From the NCBI RefSeq assembly GCF_964355755.1, contig NC_092677.1, positions 12,794,101 through 12,858,100 of the forward strand: 64,000 nucleotides of DNA. Reading direction: 5' to 3'. Source of the stretch: Antedon mediterranea (Eukaryota > Animalia > Echinodermata). The position numbers and the translations under genes were made by a program. Below, one piece after another: positions 1-11,700 of this stretch. The notes beneath the pieces were generated by a model that saw only the letters and a program-made list of their open reading frames with translations, did not search any database and was not told the DNA's origin. Position 1 is the stretch's first letter; each line of letters starts with the position of its first letter.

Positions 1-2817
1 ATGGGTTAAAAAATATACTATAAAAATGTATTTCTTATTTTATTAAAAAAATCATGAGTCTCCTCTCCTTAATTGCCTAAGTCACACAGCTGACTTAGGC
101 AGAAACACAAAAAACGATCTGAGCATGTGCAAATGTATATAAAAGAACTCAGATAATGTACAGAGGGCAGTATAATTATTTAAGCAGTGAGTTAGGCAGA
201 TCATAAGTCAGATCTCCTTAATTGCCTAAGTCACACAGCTGACTTAGGCAGAAACACAAAAAATGTAGTATATTGATATAAGCAGTGAGTTAAGCAGAAA
301 AACAAAACAAAAATTATGACTTAAACACTTTTGTTATGAGGCTGTCGATATCATCTATATACAAAAAATGCTACCTTTAAGTAACAAAATTTAATAGCAT
401 TAGCTCTTCAGATTAAAATTAACACTGATGTTTTTAGAAAAGGAAAGTACCAATAAAAGAGAAAGAATTTGTAACAAATGGGTTAAAAAATATACTATAA
501 AAATGTATTTCTTTTTTTATTTAAAAAATCATGAGTCTCCTCTCCTTAATTGCCTAAGTCACACAGCTGACTTAGGCAGAAACACAAAAAAATATCTGAG
601 CATGTGCAAATGTATATAAAAGCACTCAGTTAATGTACAGAGAGCAGTATAATGATATAAGCAGTGACTTAGGCAGATCATAAGTCAGCTCTCCTTAATT
701 GCCTAAGTCACACAGCTGACTTAGGCAGAAACACAAAAAATATAGTATATTGATATAAGCAGTGAGTTAGGCAGATCATAAGTCAGCTCTCCTTAATTGC
801 CTAAGTCACACAGCTGCTTCTCCTTAATTGCCTAAGTCACACAGCTGACTTAGGCAGAAACACAAAAAATATAGTCTATTGATATAAGCAGTGAGTTAGG
901 CAGATCATAAGTCAGCTCTCTTTAATTGCCTAAGTCACACTGCTGACTTAGGCAGAAACACAAAAAAAATGTAGTATATTGATATAAGCAGTGAGTTAGG
1001 CAGAAAAACAAAACAAAAATTATGACTTAAACACAAAATAATAGCAACAAAATAATAGTAACAAAATTTAATAGCATTAGCTCTTCAGATTAAAATTAAC
1101 AGCTGACTTAGGCAGAAACACAAAAAACGATCTGAGCATGTGCAAATGTATATAAAAGAACTCAGATAATATACAGAGGGCAGTATAATTATATAAGCAG
1201 TGAGTTAGGCAGATCATAAGTCAGCTCTCCTTAATTGCCTAAGTCACACAGCTGACTTAGGCAGAAACACAAAAAACAATCTGAGCATGTGCAAATGTAT
1301 ATAAAAGCACTCAGATAATGTACAGAGAGCAGTATAATGATATAAGCAGTGAGTTAGGCAGATCATAAGTCAGCTCTCCTTAATTGCCTAAGTCACACAG
1401 CTGACTTAGGCAGAAACACAAAAAATATAGTATATTGATATAAGCAGTGAGTTAGGCAGATCATAAGTCAGCTCTCCTTAATTGCCTAAGTCACACAGCT
1501 GACTTGGGCAGAAACACAACAAATATAGTATATTGATATAAATAGTGAGTTAGGCAGAAAAAAAAAATTATGTCTTAGACACTTTTGTTATGAGGCTGTC
1601 GATATCATCTATATACAAAAAAATGCTACCTTTAAGTAACAAAATTTAATAGCATCAGCTCTTCAGATTAAAATTAACACTGATGAATTGAGAAAAGGAA
1701 AGTAGCAATAAAAGAGAAAGAATTTGGAACCAATGGGTTAAAAAATTTACTTTAAAAATGTATTTCTTATTTTATTAAAAAAATCATGAGTCTCCTCTCC
1801 TTAATTGCCTAAGTCACACAGCTGACTTAGGCAGAAACACAAAAAACGATCTGAGCATGTGCAAATGTATATAAAAGAACTCAGATAATGTACAGAGGGC
1901 AGTATAATTATATAAGCAGTGAGTTAGGCAGATCATAAGTCAGCTCTCCTTAATTGCCTAAGTCACACAGCTGACTTAGGCAGAAACACAAAAAACAATC
2001 AGAGCATGTGCAAATGTATATAAAAGCACTCAGATAATGTACAGAGAGCAGTATAATGATATAAGCAGTGAGTTAGGCAGATCATAAGTCAGCTCTCCTT
2101 AATTGCCTAAGTCACACAGCTGACTTAGACAGAAACACAAAAAATATAGTATATTGATATAAGCAGTGAGTTAGGCAGAAAAACAAAACAAAAATTATGA
2201 CTTAAACACTTTTGTTATGAGGCTGTCGATATCATCTATATACCAAAAATGCTACCTTTAAGTAACAAAATTTAATAGCATTAGCTCTTCAGATTAAAAT
2301 TAACACTGATGATTTTAGAAAAGGAAAGTAGCAATAAAAGAGAAAGAATTTGTAACAAATGGGTTAAAAAATATACTATAAAAATGTATTTCTTTTTTTA
2401 TTTAAAAAATCATGAGTCTCCTCTCCTTAATTGCCTAAGTCACACAGCTGACTTAGGCAGAAACACAAAAAACGATCTGAGCATGTGCAAATGTATATAA
2501 AAGCACTCAGATAATGTACAGAGAGCAGTATAATGATATAAGCAGTGAGTTAGGCAGATCATAAGTCAGCTCTCCTTAATTGCCTAAGTCACACAGCTGA
2601 CTTAGGCAGAAACACAAAAAATATAGTATATTGATTTAAGCAGTGAGTTAGGCAGATCATAAGTCAGCTCTCCTTAATTGCCTAAGTCACACAGCTGCTT
2701 CTCCTTAATTGCCTAAGTCACACAGCTGACTTAGGCAGAAACACAAAAAACGATCTGAGCATGTGCAAATGTATATAAAAGAACTCAGATAATGTACAGA
2801 GGGCAGTATAATTATAT

Positions 2818-3778
2818 TTTATTTTTTTTTAATTTTATTTATTCATTTCCCAACCAACAGTGAGCTCATGGTTCACCACTTACAGGAGGGAACACAGACA
2901 AACACGAACATATACAATAACAAACATTAAACTAAACTACTAACAATGTTACGAAACTTACGGAAATTATTACTAAAGATATCTAACTCAGGGTTTCTTA
3001 AAGTAAAAGAATTATAAGTTTGACTTAATCTACTAATAAAACCATTTTTTAAAACATTTACTCTACTAAAAGGAATATGAAAAGTAGTATTTCTTCTAAG
3101 ACGACGACTAGGGACTCTAAGATAAAAATTACTAACTAAATTACAGTCAAATAAAGAATTAATACATTTATACAAAAAAACAAGATAAAAAAAGGTTCTA
3201 CGAGACTCAGGAGATCGGACATGGAAATGAAAGTCAGGATTCTGGTTGTGGCTGATGTAGCGTAAAAAACGGTTATGCAGACGCTGAATGCGCGTAGACT
3301 GAGTTTTCAAAATAGAATTAAAAATAACAGAACTGAAGTTGAGAATGGGATGGATAATTGAATAATAAAGGTGGATTTTGGTTTGCCTGTCAAAATGTTT
3401 ACAATTACGCCACATCAGCCCAAGCAGTCTATTGCACTTGCCAACAAGATAATCAAAATGAAAAGAAAAACAAAGGGAACTATCAATAAAAACACCAAGA
3501 TCTTTTTGCGATTGCACCCTATTAATGGGATTGTCATTAATTAAATAATTATAAAATAAAATTTTCTTTTTCAAAGTAATAGTTAAAATATTGCACTTTA
3601 CTGGATTGAGGGACATACCCCATAAAGCTGCCCAAGAACATAGCTTGTCCAAGTCCACCTGAAGCCTGTCAGCATCCTCAACACTACCAATAATTTTGTA
3701 TAGCTTAACATCATCAGCAAACATAAGACATCTGGAGTGGGTGAAGAGTTTTGGGATATCATTGACAAAAAGATTGAA
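2818..3778 (-). mobile_element. 5'-truncated non-LTR retrotransposon (CR1/L2/Jockey-type LINE), RT C-terminal half, copy 1
   Basis: Minus-strand frame reads LLFNLFVNDIP...MFADDVKLY...KDLGV (RT motifs; ORF 2927-3724), followed by a ~100-bp 3' UTR and an A-rich AATAAA-type tail. It interrupts the satellite between ...ataattatat and aagcagtgag. Confidence 0.93.
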
Positions 3779-4916
3779 AAGCAGTGAGTTAGCCAGATCA
3801 TAAGTCAGCTCTCCTTAATTGCCTAAGTCACACAGCTGACTTAGGCAGAAACACAAAAAATGTAGTATATTGATATAAGCAGTGAGTTAGGCAGAAAAAC
3901 AAAACAAAAATTATGACTTAAACACTTTTGTTATGAGGCTGTCGATATCATCTATATACAAAAAATGCTACCTTTAAGTAACAAAATTTAATAGCATTAG
4001 CTCTTCAGATTAAAATTTACACTCATGATTTTAGAAAAGGAAAGTAGCAATAAAAGAGAAAGAATTTGTAACAAATGGGTTAAAAAATATACTATAAAAA
4101 TGTATTTCTTTTTTTATTTAAAAAATCATGAGTCTCCTTTCCTTTATTGCCTAAGTCACACAGCTGACTTAGGCAGAAACACAAAAAACAATCTGAGCAT
4201 GTGCAAATGTATATAAAAGCACTCAGATAATGTACAGAGAGCAGTATAATGATATAAGCAGTGATTTAGGCAGATCATAAGTCAGCTCTCCTTAGTTGCC
4301 TAAGTCACACAGCTGACTTAGGCAGAAACACAAAAAATATAGTATATTGATAAAAGCAGTGAGTTAGGCAGAAAAATAAAACAAAAATTATGACTTAGAC
4401 ACTTTTGTTATGAGGCTGTCGATATCATCTATATACCAAAAATGCTACCTTTAAGTAACAAAATTTAATAGCATTAGCTCTTCAGATTAAAATTAACACT
4501 GATGATTTTAGAAAAAAAAAGTAGCAATAAAAGAGAAAGAATTTGTAACAAATGGGTTAAAAAATATACTATAAAAATGTATTTCTTTTTTTTATTTAAA
4601 AAATCATGAGTCTCCTCTCCTTAATTGCCTAAGTCACACAGCTGACTTAGGCAGAAACACAAAAAACGATCTGAGCATGTGCAAATGTATATAAAGCACT
4701 CAGATAATGTACAGAGAGCAGTATAATGATATAAGCAGTGAGTTAGGCAGATCATAAGTCAGCTTTCCTTAATTGCCTAAGTCACACAGCTGACTTAGGC
4801 AGAAACACAAAAAATGTAGTATATTGATATAAGCAGTGGGTTAGGCAGAAAAACAAAACAAAAATTATGACTTAAACAATTTTGTTATGAGGCTGTCAAT
4901 ATCATCTATATACAAA

Positions 4917-5722
4917 CAAGGCCAACAGCCATTAAGTCGCGTGCTACAATGCATAGTGATACCGGACCGACAGACAAAGAGACCGACAGACAGACAGACC
5001 GACAGACAGACGGTCCGACCGACATAGTGAACTATACTGACCGAAATTACTGAACATGTTTAAAAATGTTGAAATGTTTAAAAACATTTATATTTTTTTA
5101 ATTTACACGTGCGTAGCCTGTCACTTTTGACGTGCTCGTATAACGTAATTTCGAGTTGAAAAGTAAGTCAAGAAAACAGAAATCGGGCAAAAAGAGTGCG
5201 CAATAACATTTAACGCGCAGTGCGCGCGCAAAAATCTGCGCACTCATGGCAATTTTGTAAACGCTTAAAATTGCCTGAAACGTACTCTTATTTCATCGAA
5301 AATAAAATTTTAAAATTTTAAGCGCGCGTACGCATGCGTTACATGCGCTACGCACGTAATTGTATTGCCATATGATGATTTATGCCCTGAAATTTATGAG
5401 TACCAAATTTTATTTAATTGTGATTCATGGTTGTTAAGATAATGATTACAAACGTGATTTCGTTAAATCGTGCGTAGACCGCGTAATTTTTTATTGCGCA
5501 CCGTGAAAACATAACCACATCGATTCCTGGCCATAAGGAATATTCTGTGAAAAATTGACTTAGCTAGAGTAAACTGATATCAAGATAAGGTCATAAAGTG
5601 ATAAAACGCATAGTGATACCGGACTGACAGACAGACAGACCGACAGACAGACCGACAGACAGACCGACAGACAGACCGACCGACCGACATAGTGAACTAT
5701 AGAGTCGCTTCCACGCGACTAA
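4917..5722 (-). mobile_element. Non-autonomous Helentron-associated element (HINE / DINE-1-like), copy 1
   Basis: Inserted in the A-run of tacaaaaaatgcta with no recognisable TSD (TT target on the minus strand). It has subterminal inverted repeats (agtcgcgtg ~4936 / cacgcgact ~5712), a short inverted repeat next to the 5' subTIR (agtcgc...gcgact), a (GTCY/GTCG)n microsatellite and a short 3' GGC..GCC stem. This matches the established HINE architecture. Confidence 0.8.
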
Positions 5723-8700
5723 AAATGCTACCTTTAAGTAACAAAATTTAATAGCATTAGCTCTTCAGATTAAAATTAACACTGATGATTTTAGAAAAGG
5801 AAAGTAGCAATAAAAGAGAAAGAATTTGTAACAAATGGGTTAAAAAATATACTATAAAAATGTATTTCTTTTTTTATTTAAAAAATCATGAGTCTCCTCT
5901 CCTTAATTGCCTAAGTCACACAGCTGACTTAGGCAGAAACACAAAAAACGATCTGAGCATGTGCAAATGTATATAAAAGCACTCAGATAATGTACAGAGA
6001 GCAGTATAATGATATAAGCAGTGAGTTAGGCAGATCATAAGTCAGCTCTCCTTAATTGCCTTAGTCACACAGCTGACTTAGGCAGAAACACAAAAAAATA
6101 TAGTATATTGATATAAGCAGTGAGTTAGGCAGATCATAAGTCAGCTCTCCTTAATTGCCTAAGTCACACAGCTGCTTCTCCTTAATTGCCTAAGTCACAC
6201 AGCTGACTTAGGCGGAAACACAAAAAACAATCTGAGCATGTCCAAATGTATATAAAAGAACTCAGATAATGTACAGAGGGCAGTATAATTATATAAGCAG
6301 TGAGTTAGGCAGATCATAAGTCAGCTCTCCTTAATTGCCTAAGTCACACAGCTGACTTAGGCAGAAACACAAAAAATGTAGTATATTGATATAAGCAGTG
6401 AGTTAGGCAGAAAAACAAAACAAAAATTATGACTTAAACACTTTTGTTATGAGGCTGTCGATATCATCTATATACAAAAAAATGCTACCTTTAAGTAACA
6501 AAATTTAATAGCATTAGCTCTTCAGATTAAAATTAACACTGATTATTTTAGAAAAGGAAAGTAGCAATAAAAGAGAAAGAATTTGTAACAAATGGGTTAA
6601 AAAATATACTATAAAAATGTATTTCTTTTTTTATTTAAAAAATCATGAGTCTCCTTTCCTTTATTGCCTAAGTCACACAGCTGACTTAGGCAGAAACACA
6701 AAAAACGATCTGAGCATGTGCAAATGTATATAAAAGCGCTCAGATAATGTACAGAGAGCAGTATAATGATATAAGCAGTGAGTTAGGCAGATCATAAGTC
6801 AGCTTTCCTTAATTGCCTAAGTCACACAGCTGACTTAGGCAGAAACACAAAAAATATATTATATTGATATAAGCAGTGAGTTAGGCAGATCATAAGTCAG
6901 CTCTCCTTAATTGCCTAAGTCACACAGCTGACTTGGGGAGAAACACAACAAATATAGTATATTGATATAAATAGTGAGTTAGGTAGAAAAAAAATTATGT
7001 CTTAGACACTTTTGTTATGAGGCTGTCGATATCATCTATATACAAAAAAATGCTACCTTTAAGTAACATAATTTAATAGCACCAGCTCTTCAGATTAAAA
7101 TTAACACTGATGAATTTAGAAAAGGAAAGTAGCAATAAAAGAGAAAGAATTTGGAACAAATGGGTTAAAAAATATACTTTAAAAATGTATTTCTTATTTT
7201 ATTTAAAAAATCATGAGTCTCCTCTCCTTAATTGCCTAAGTCACACAGCTGACTTAGGCAGAAACACAAAAAACGATCTGAGCATGTGCAAATGTATATA
7301 AAAGAACTCAGATAATGTACAGAGGGCAGTATAATTATATAAGCAGTGAGTTAGGCAGATCATAAGTCAGCTCTCCTTAATTGCCTAAGTCACACAGCTG
7401 ACTTAGGCAGAAACACAAAAAATGTAGTATATTGATATAAGCTTTGAGTTAGGCAGAAAAACAAAACAAAAATTATGACTTAAACACTTTTGTTATGAGG
7501 CTGTCGATAACATCTATATACAAAAAAATGCTGCCTTTAAGTAACAAAATTTAATAGCATTAGCTCTTCAGATTAAAATTAACAGTGATGATTTTAGAAA
7601 AGGAAAGTAGCAATAAAAGAGAAAGAATTTGTAACAAATGGGTTAAAAAATATACTATAAAAATGTATTTCTTTTTTTATTTAAAAAATCATGAGTCTCC
7701 TCTCCTTAATTGCCTAAGTCACACAGCTGACTTAGGCAGAAACACTAAAAAATATAGTATATTGGTATAAGCAGTGAGTTAGGCAGATCATAAGTCAGCT
7801 CTCTTAATTGCCTAAGTCACACAGCTGCTTCTCCTTAATTGCCTAAGTCACACAGCTGACTTAGGCAGAAACACAAAAAACGATCTGAGCATGTGCAAAT
7901 GTATATAAAAGAACTCAGATAATGTACAGAGGGCAGTATAATTATATAAGCAGTGAGTTAGGCAGATCATAACTCAGCTCTCCTTAATTGCCTAAGTCAC
8001 ACAGCTGACTTAGGCAGAAACACAAAAAACAATCTGAGCATGTGCAAATGTTTATAAAAGCACTCAGATAATGTACAGAGAGCAGTATAATGATATAAGC
8101 AGTGAGTTAGGCAGATCATAAGTCAGCTCTCCTAATTGCCTAAGTCACACAGCTGACTTAGGCAGAAACACAAAAAATATAGTATATTGATAAAAGCAGT
8201 GAGTTAGGCAGATCATAAGTCAGCTCTCCTTAATTGCCTAAGTCACACAGCTGACTTGGGCAGAAACACAACAAATATAGTATATTGATATAAATAGTGA
8301 GTTAGGCAGAAGAAAAAAATTATGTCTTAGAAACTTTTGTTATGAGGCTGTCGATATCATCTATATACAAAAAAATGCTACCTTTAAGTAACATAATTTA
8401 ATAGCACCAGCTCTTCAGATTAAAATTAACACTGATGAATTTAGAAAAGGAAAGTAGCAATAAAAGAGAAAGAATTTGGAACAAATGGGTTAAAAAATAT
8501 ACTTTAAAAATGTATTTCTTATTTTATTAAAAAAATCATGAGTCTCCTCTCCTTAATTGCCTAAGTCACACAGCTGACTTAGGCAGAAACACAAAAAACG
8601 ATCTGAGCATGTGCAAATGTATATAAAAGAACTCAGATAATGTACAGAGGGCAGTATAATTATATAAGCAGTGAGTTAGGCAGATCATAAGTCAGCTCTC

Positions 8701-11700
8701 CTTAATTGCCTAAGTCACACAGCTGACTTAGGCAGAAACACAAAAAATGTAGTATATTGATATAAGCAGTGAGTTAGGCAGAAAAACAAAATAAAAATTA
8801 TTACTTAAACTCTTTTGTTATGAGGCTGTCGATATCATCTATATACAAAAAAATGCTACCTTTAAGTAACAAAATTTAATAGCATTAGCTCTTCAGATTA
8901 AAATTAACAGTGATGATTTTAGAAAAGGAAAGTAGCAATAAAAGAGAAAGAATTTGTAACAAATGGGTTAAGAAATATACTATAAAAATGTATTTCTTTT
9001 TTTATTTAAAAAATCATGAGTCTCCTCTCCTTAATTGCCTAAGTCACACAGCTGACTTAGGCAGAAACACAAAAAACGACCTGAGCATGTGCAAATGTAT
9101 ATAAAAGCACTCAGATAATGTACAGAGAGCAGTATAATGATATAAGCAGTGAGTTAGGCAGATCATAAGTCAGCTCTCCTTAATTGCCTAAGTCACACAG
9201 GTGTCTTAGGCAGAAACACAAAAAATATAGTATATTGATATAAGCAGTGAGTTAGGCAGATCATAAGTCAGCTCTCCTTAATTGCCTAAGTTACACAGCT
9301 GACTTGGGCAGAAACACAACAAATATAGTATATTGATATAAATAGTGAGTCAGGCAGAAAAACAAAACAAAAATTATGACTTAAACACTTTTGTTATGAG
9401 GCTGTCGATATCATCTATATACAAAAAATGCTACCTTTAAGTAACAAAATTTAATAGCATTAGCTCTTCAGATTAAAATTAACACTGATGATTTTAGAAA
9501 AGGAAAGTAGCAATAAAAGAGAAAGAATTTGTAACAAATGGGTTAAAAAATATACTATAAAAATGTATTTCTTTTTTTATTTAAAAAATCATGAGTCTCC
9601 TCTCCTTAATTGCCTAAGTCACACAGCTGACTTAGGCAGAAACACAAAAAACGATCTGAGCATGTGCAAATGTATATAAAAGCACTCAGACAATGTGCAG
9701 AGAGCAGTATAATGATATAAGCAGTGAGTTAGGCAGATCATCAATCAGCTCTCCTTAATTGCCTAAGTCACACAGCTGACTTAGGCAGAAACACAAAAAA
9801 TATAGTATATTGATATAAGCAGTGAGTTAGGCAGATCATAAGTCAGCTCTCCTTAATTGCCTAAGTCACACTGCTGACTTGGGCAGAAACACAACAAATA
9901 TAGTATATTGATATAAATAGTGAGTCAGGCAGAAAAACAAAACAAAAATTATGACTTAAACACTTTTGTTATGAGGCTGTCGATATCATCTATATACAAA
10001 AAATGCTACCTTTAAGTAACAAAATTTAATAGCATTAGCTCTTCAGATTAAAATTAACACTGATGATTTTAGAAAAGGAAAGTAGCAATAAAAGAGAAAG
10101 AATTTGTAACAAATGGGTTAAAAAATATACTATAAAAATGTATTTCTTTTTTTATTTAAAAAATCATGAGTCTCCTCTCCTTAATTGCCTAAGTCACACA
10201 GCTGACTTAGGCAGAAAAACAAAACAAAAATTATGACTTAGACACTTTTGTTATGAGGCTGTCGATATCATCTATATACAAAAAAATGCTACCTTTAAGT
10301 AACATCATTTAATAGCACCAGCTCTTCAGATTAAAATTAACACTGATGAATTTAGAAAAGGAAAGTAGCAATAAAAGAGAAAGAATTTGGAGCAAATGGG
10401 TTAAAAAATATACTTTAAAAATGTATTTCTTATTTTATTAAAAAAATCATGAGTCTCCTCTCCTTAATTGCCTAAGTCACACAGCTGACTTAGGCAGAAA
10501 CACAAAAAACGATCTGAGCATGTGCAAATGTATATAAAAGAACTCAGATAATGTACAGAGGGCAGTATAATTATAAAAGCAGTGAGTTAGGCAGATCATA
10601 AGTCAGCTCTCTTTAATTGCCTAAGTCACACAGCTGACTTAGGCAGAAACACAAAAAATGTAGTATATTGATATAAGCAGTGAGTTAGGCAGAAAAACAA
10701 AACAAAAATTATGACTTAAACACTTTTGTTATGAGACTGTCGATATCATCTATATACAAAAAAATGCTACCTTTAAGTAACAAAATTTAATAGCATTAGC
10801 TCTTCAGATTAAAATTAACAGTGATGATTTTAGAAAAGGAAAGTAGCAATAAAAGAGAAAGAATTTGTAACAAATGGGTTAAAAAATATACTATAAAAAT
10901 GTATTTCTTTTTTTATTTAAAAAATCATGAGTCTCCTCTCCTTCATTGCCTAAGTCACACAGCTGACTTAGGCAGAAACACAAAAAACGACCTGAGCATG
11001 TGCAAATGTATATAAAAGCACTCAGATAATGTACAGAGAGCAGTATAATGATATAAGCAGTGAGTTAGGCAGATCATAAATCAGCTCTCCTTAATTGCCT
11101 AAGTCACACAGCTGACTTAGGCAGAAACACAAAAAATATAGTATACTGATATAAGCAGTGAGTTAGGCAGATCATAAGTCAGCTCACCTTAATTGCCTAA
11201 GTCACACTGCTGACTTAGGCAGAAACACAAAAAAAATGTAGTTTATTGATATAAGCAGTGAGTTAGGCAGAAAAACAAAACAAAAATTATGACTTAAACA
11301 CAAAATAATAGCAACAAAATAATAGTAACAAAATTTAATAGCATTAGCTCTTCAGATTAAATTAACAGCTGACTTAGGCAGAAACACAAAAAACGATCTG
11401 AGCATGAGCAAATGTATATAAAAGAACTCAGATAATGTACAGAGGGCAGTATAATTATATAAGCAGTGAGTTAGGCAGATCATAAGTCAGCTCTCCTTAA
11501 TTGCCTAAGTCACACAGCTGACTTAGGCAGAAACACAAAAAACAATCTGAGCATGTGCAAATGTATATAAAAGCACTCAGATAATGTACAGAGAGCAGTA
11601 TAATGATATAAGCAGTGAGTTAGGCAGATCATAAGTCAGCTCTCCTTAATTGCCTAAGTCACACAGCTGACTTAGGCAGAAACACAACAAATATAGTATA

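Noticed and set aside
3598-3801. 67-aa ORF overlapping the LINE (also 17423-17626)
   Set aside because: Alternative frame starting in satellite sequence; a chimeric by-product.
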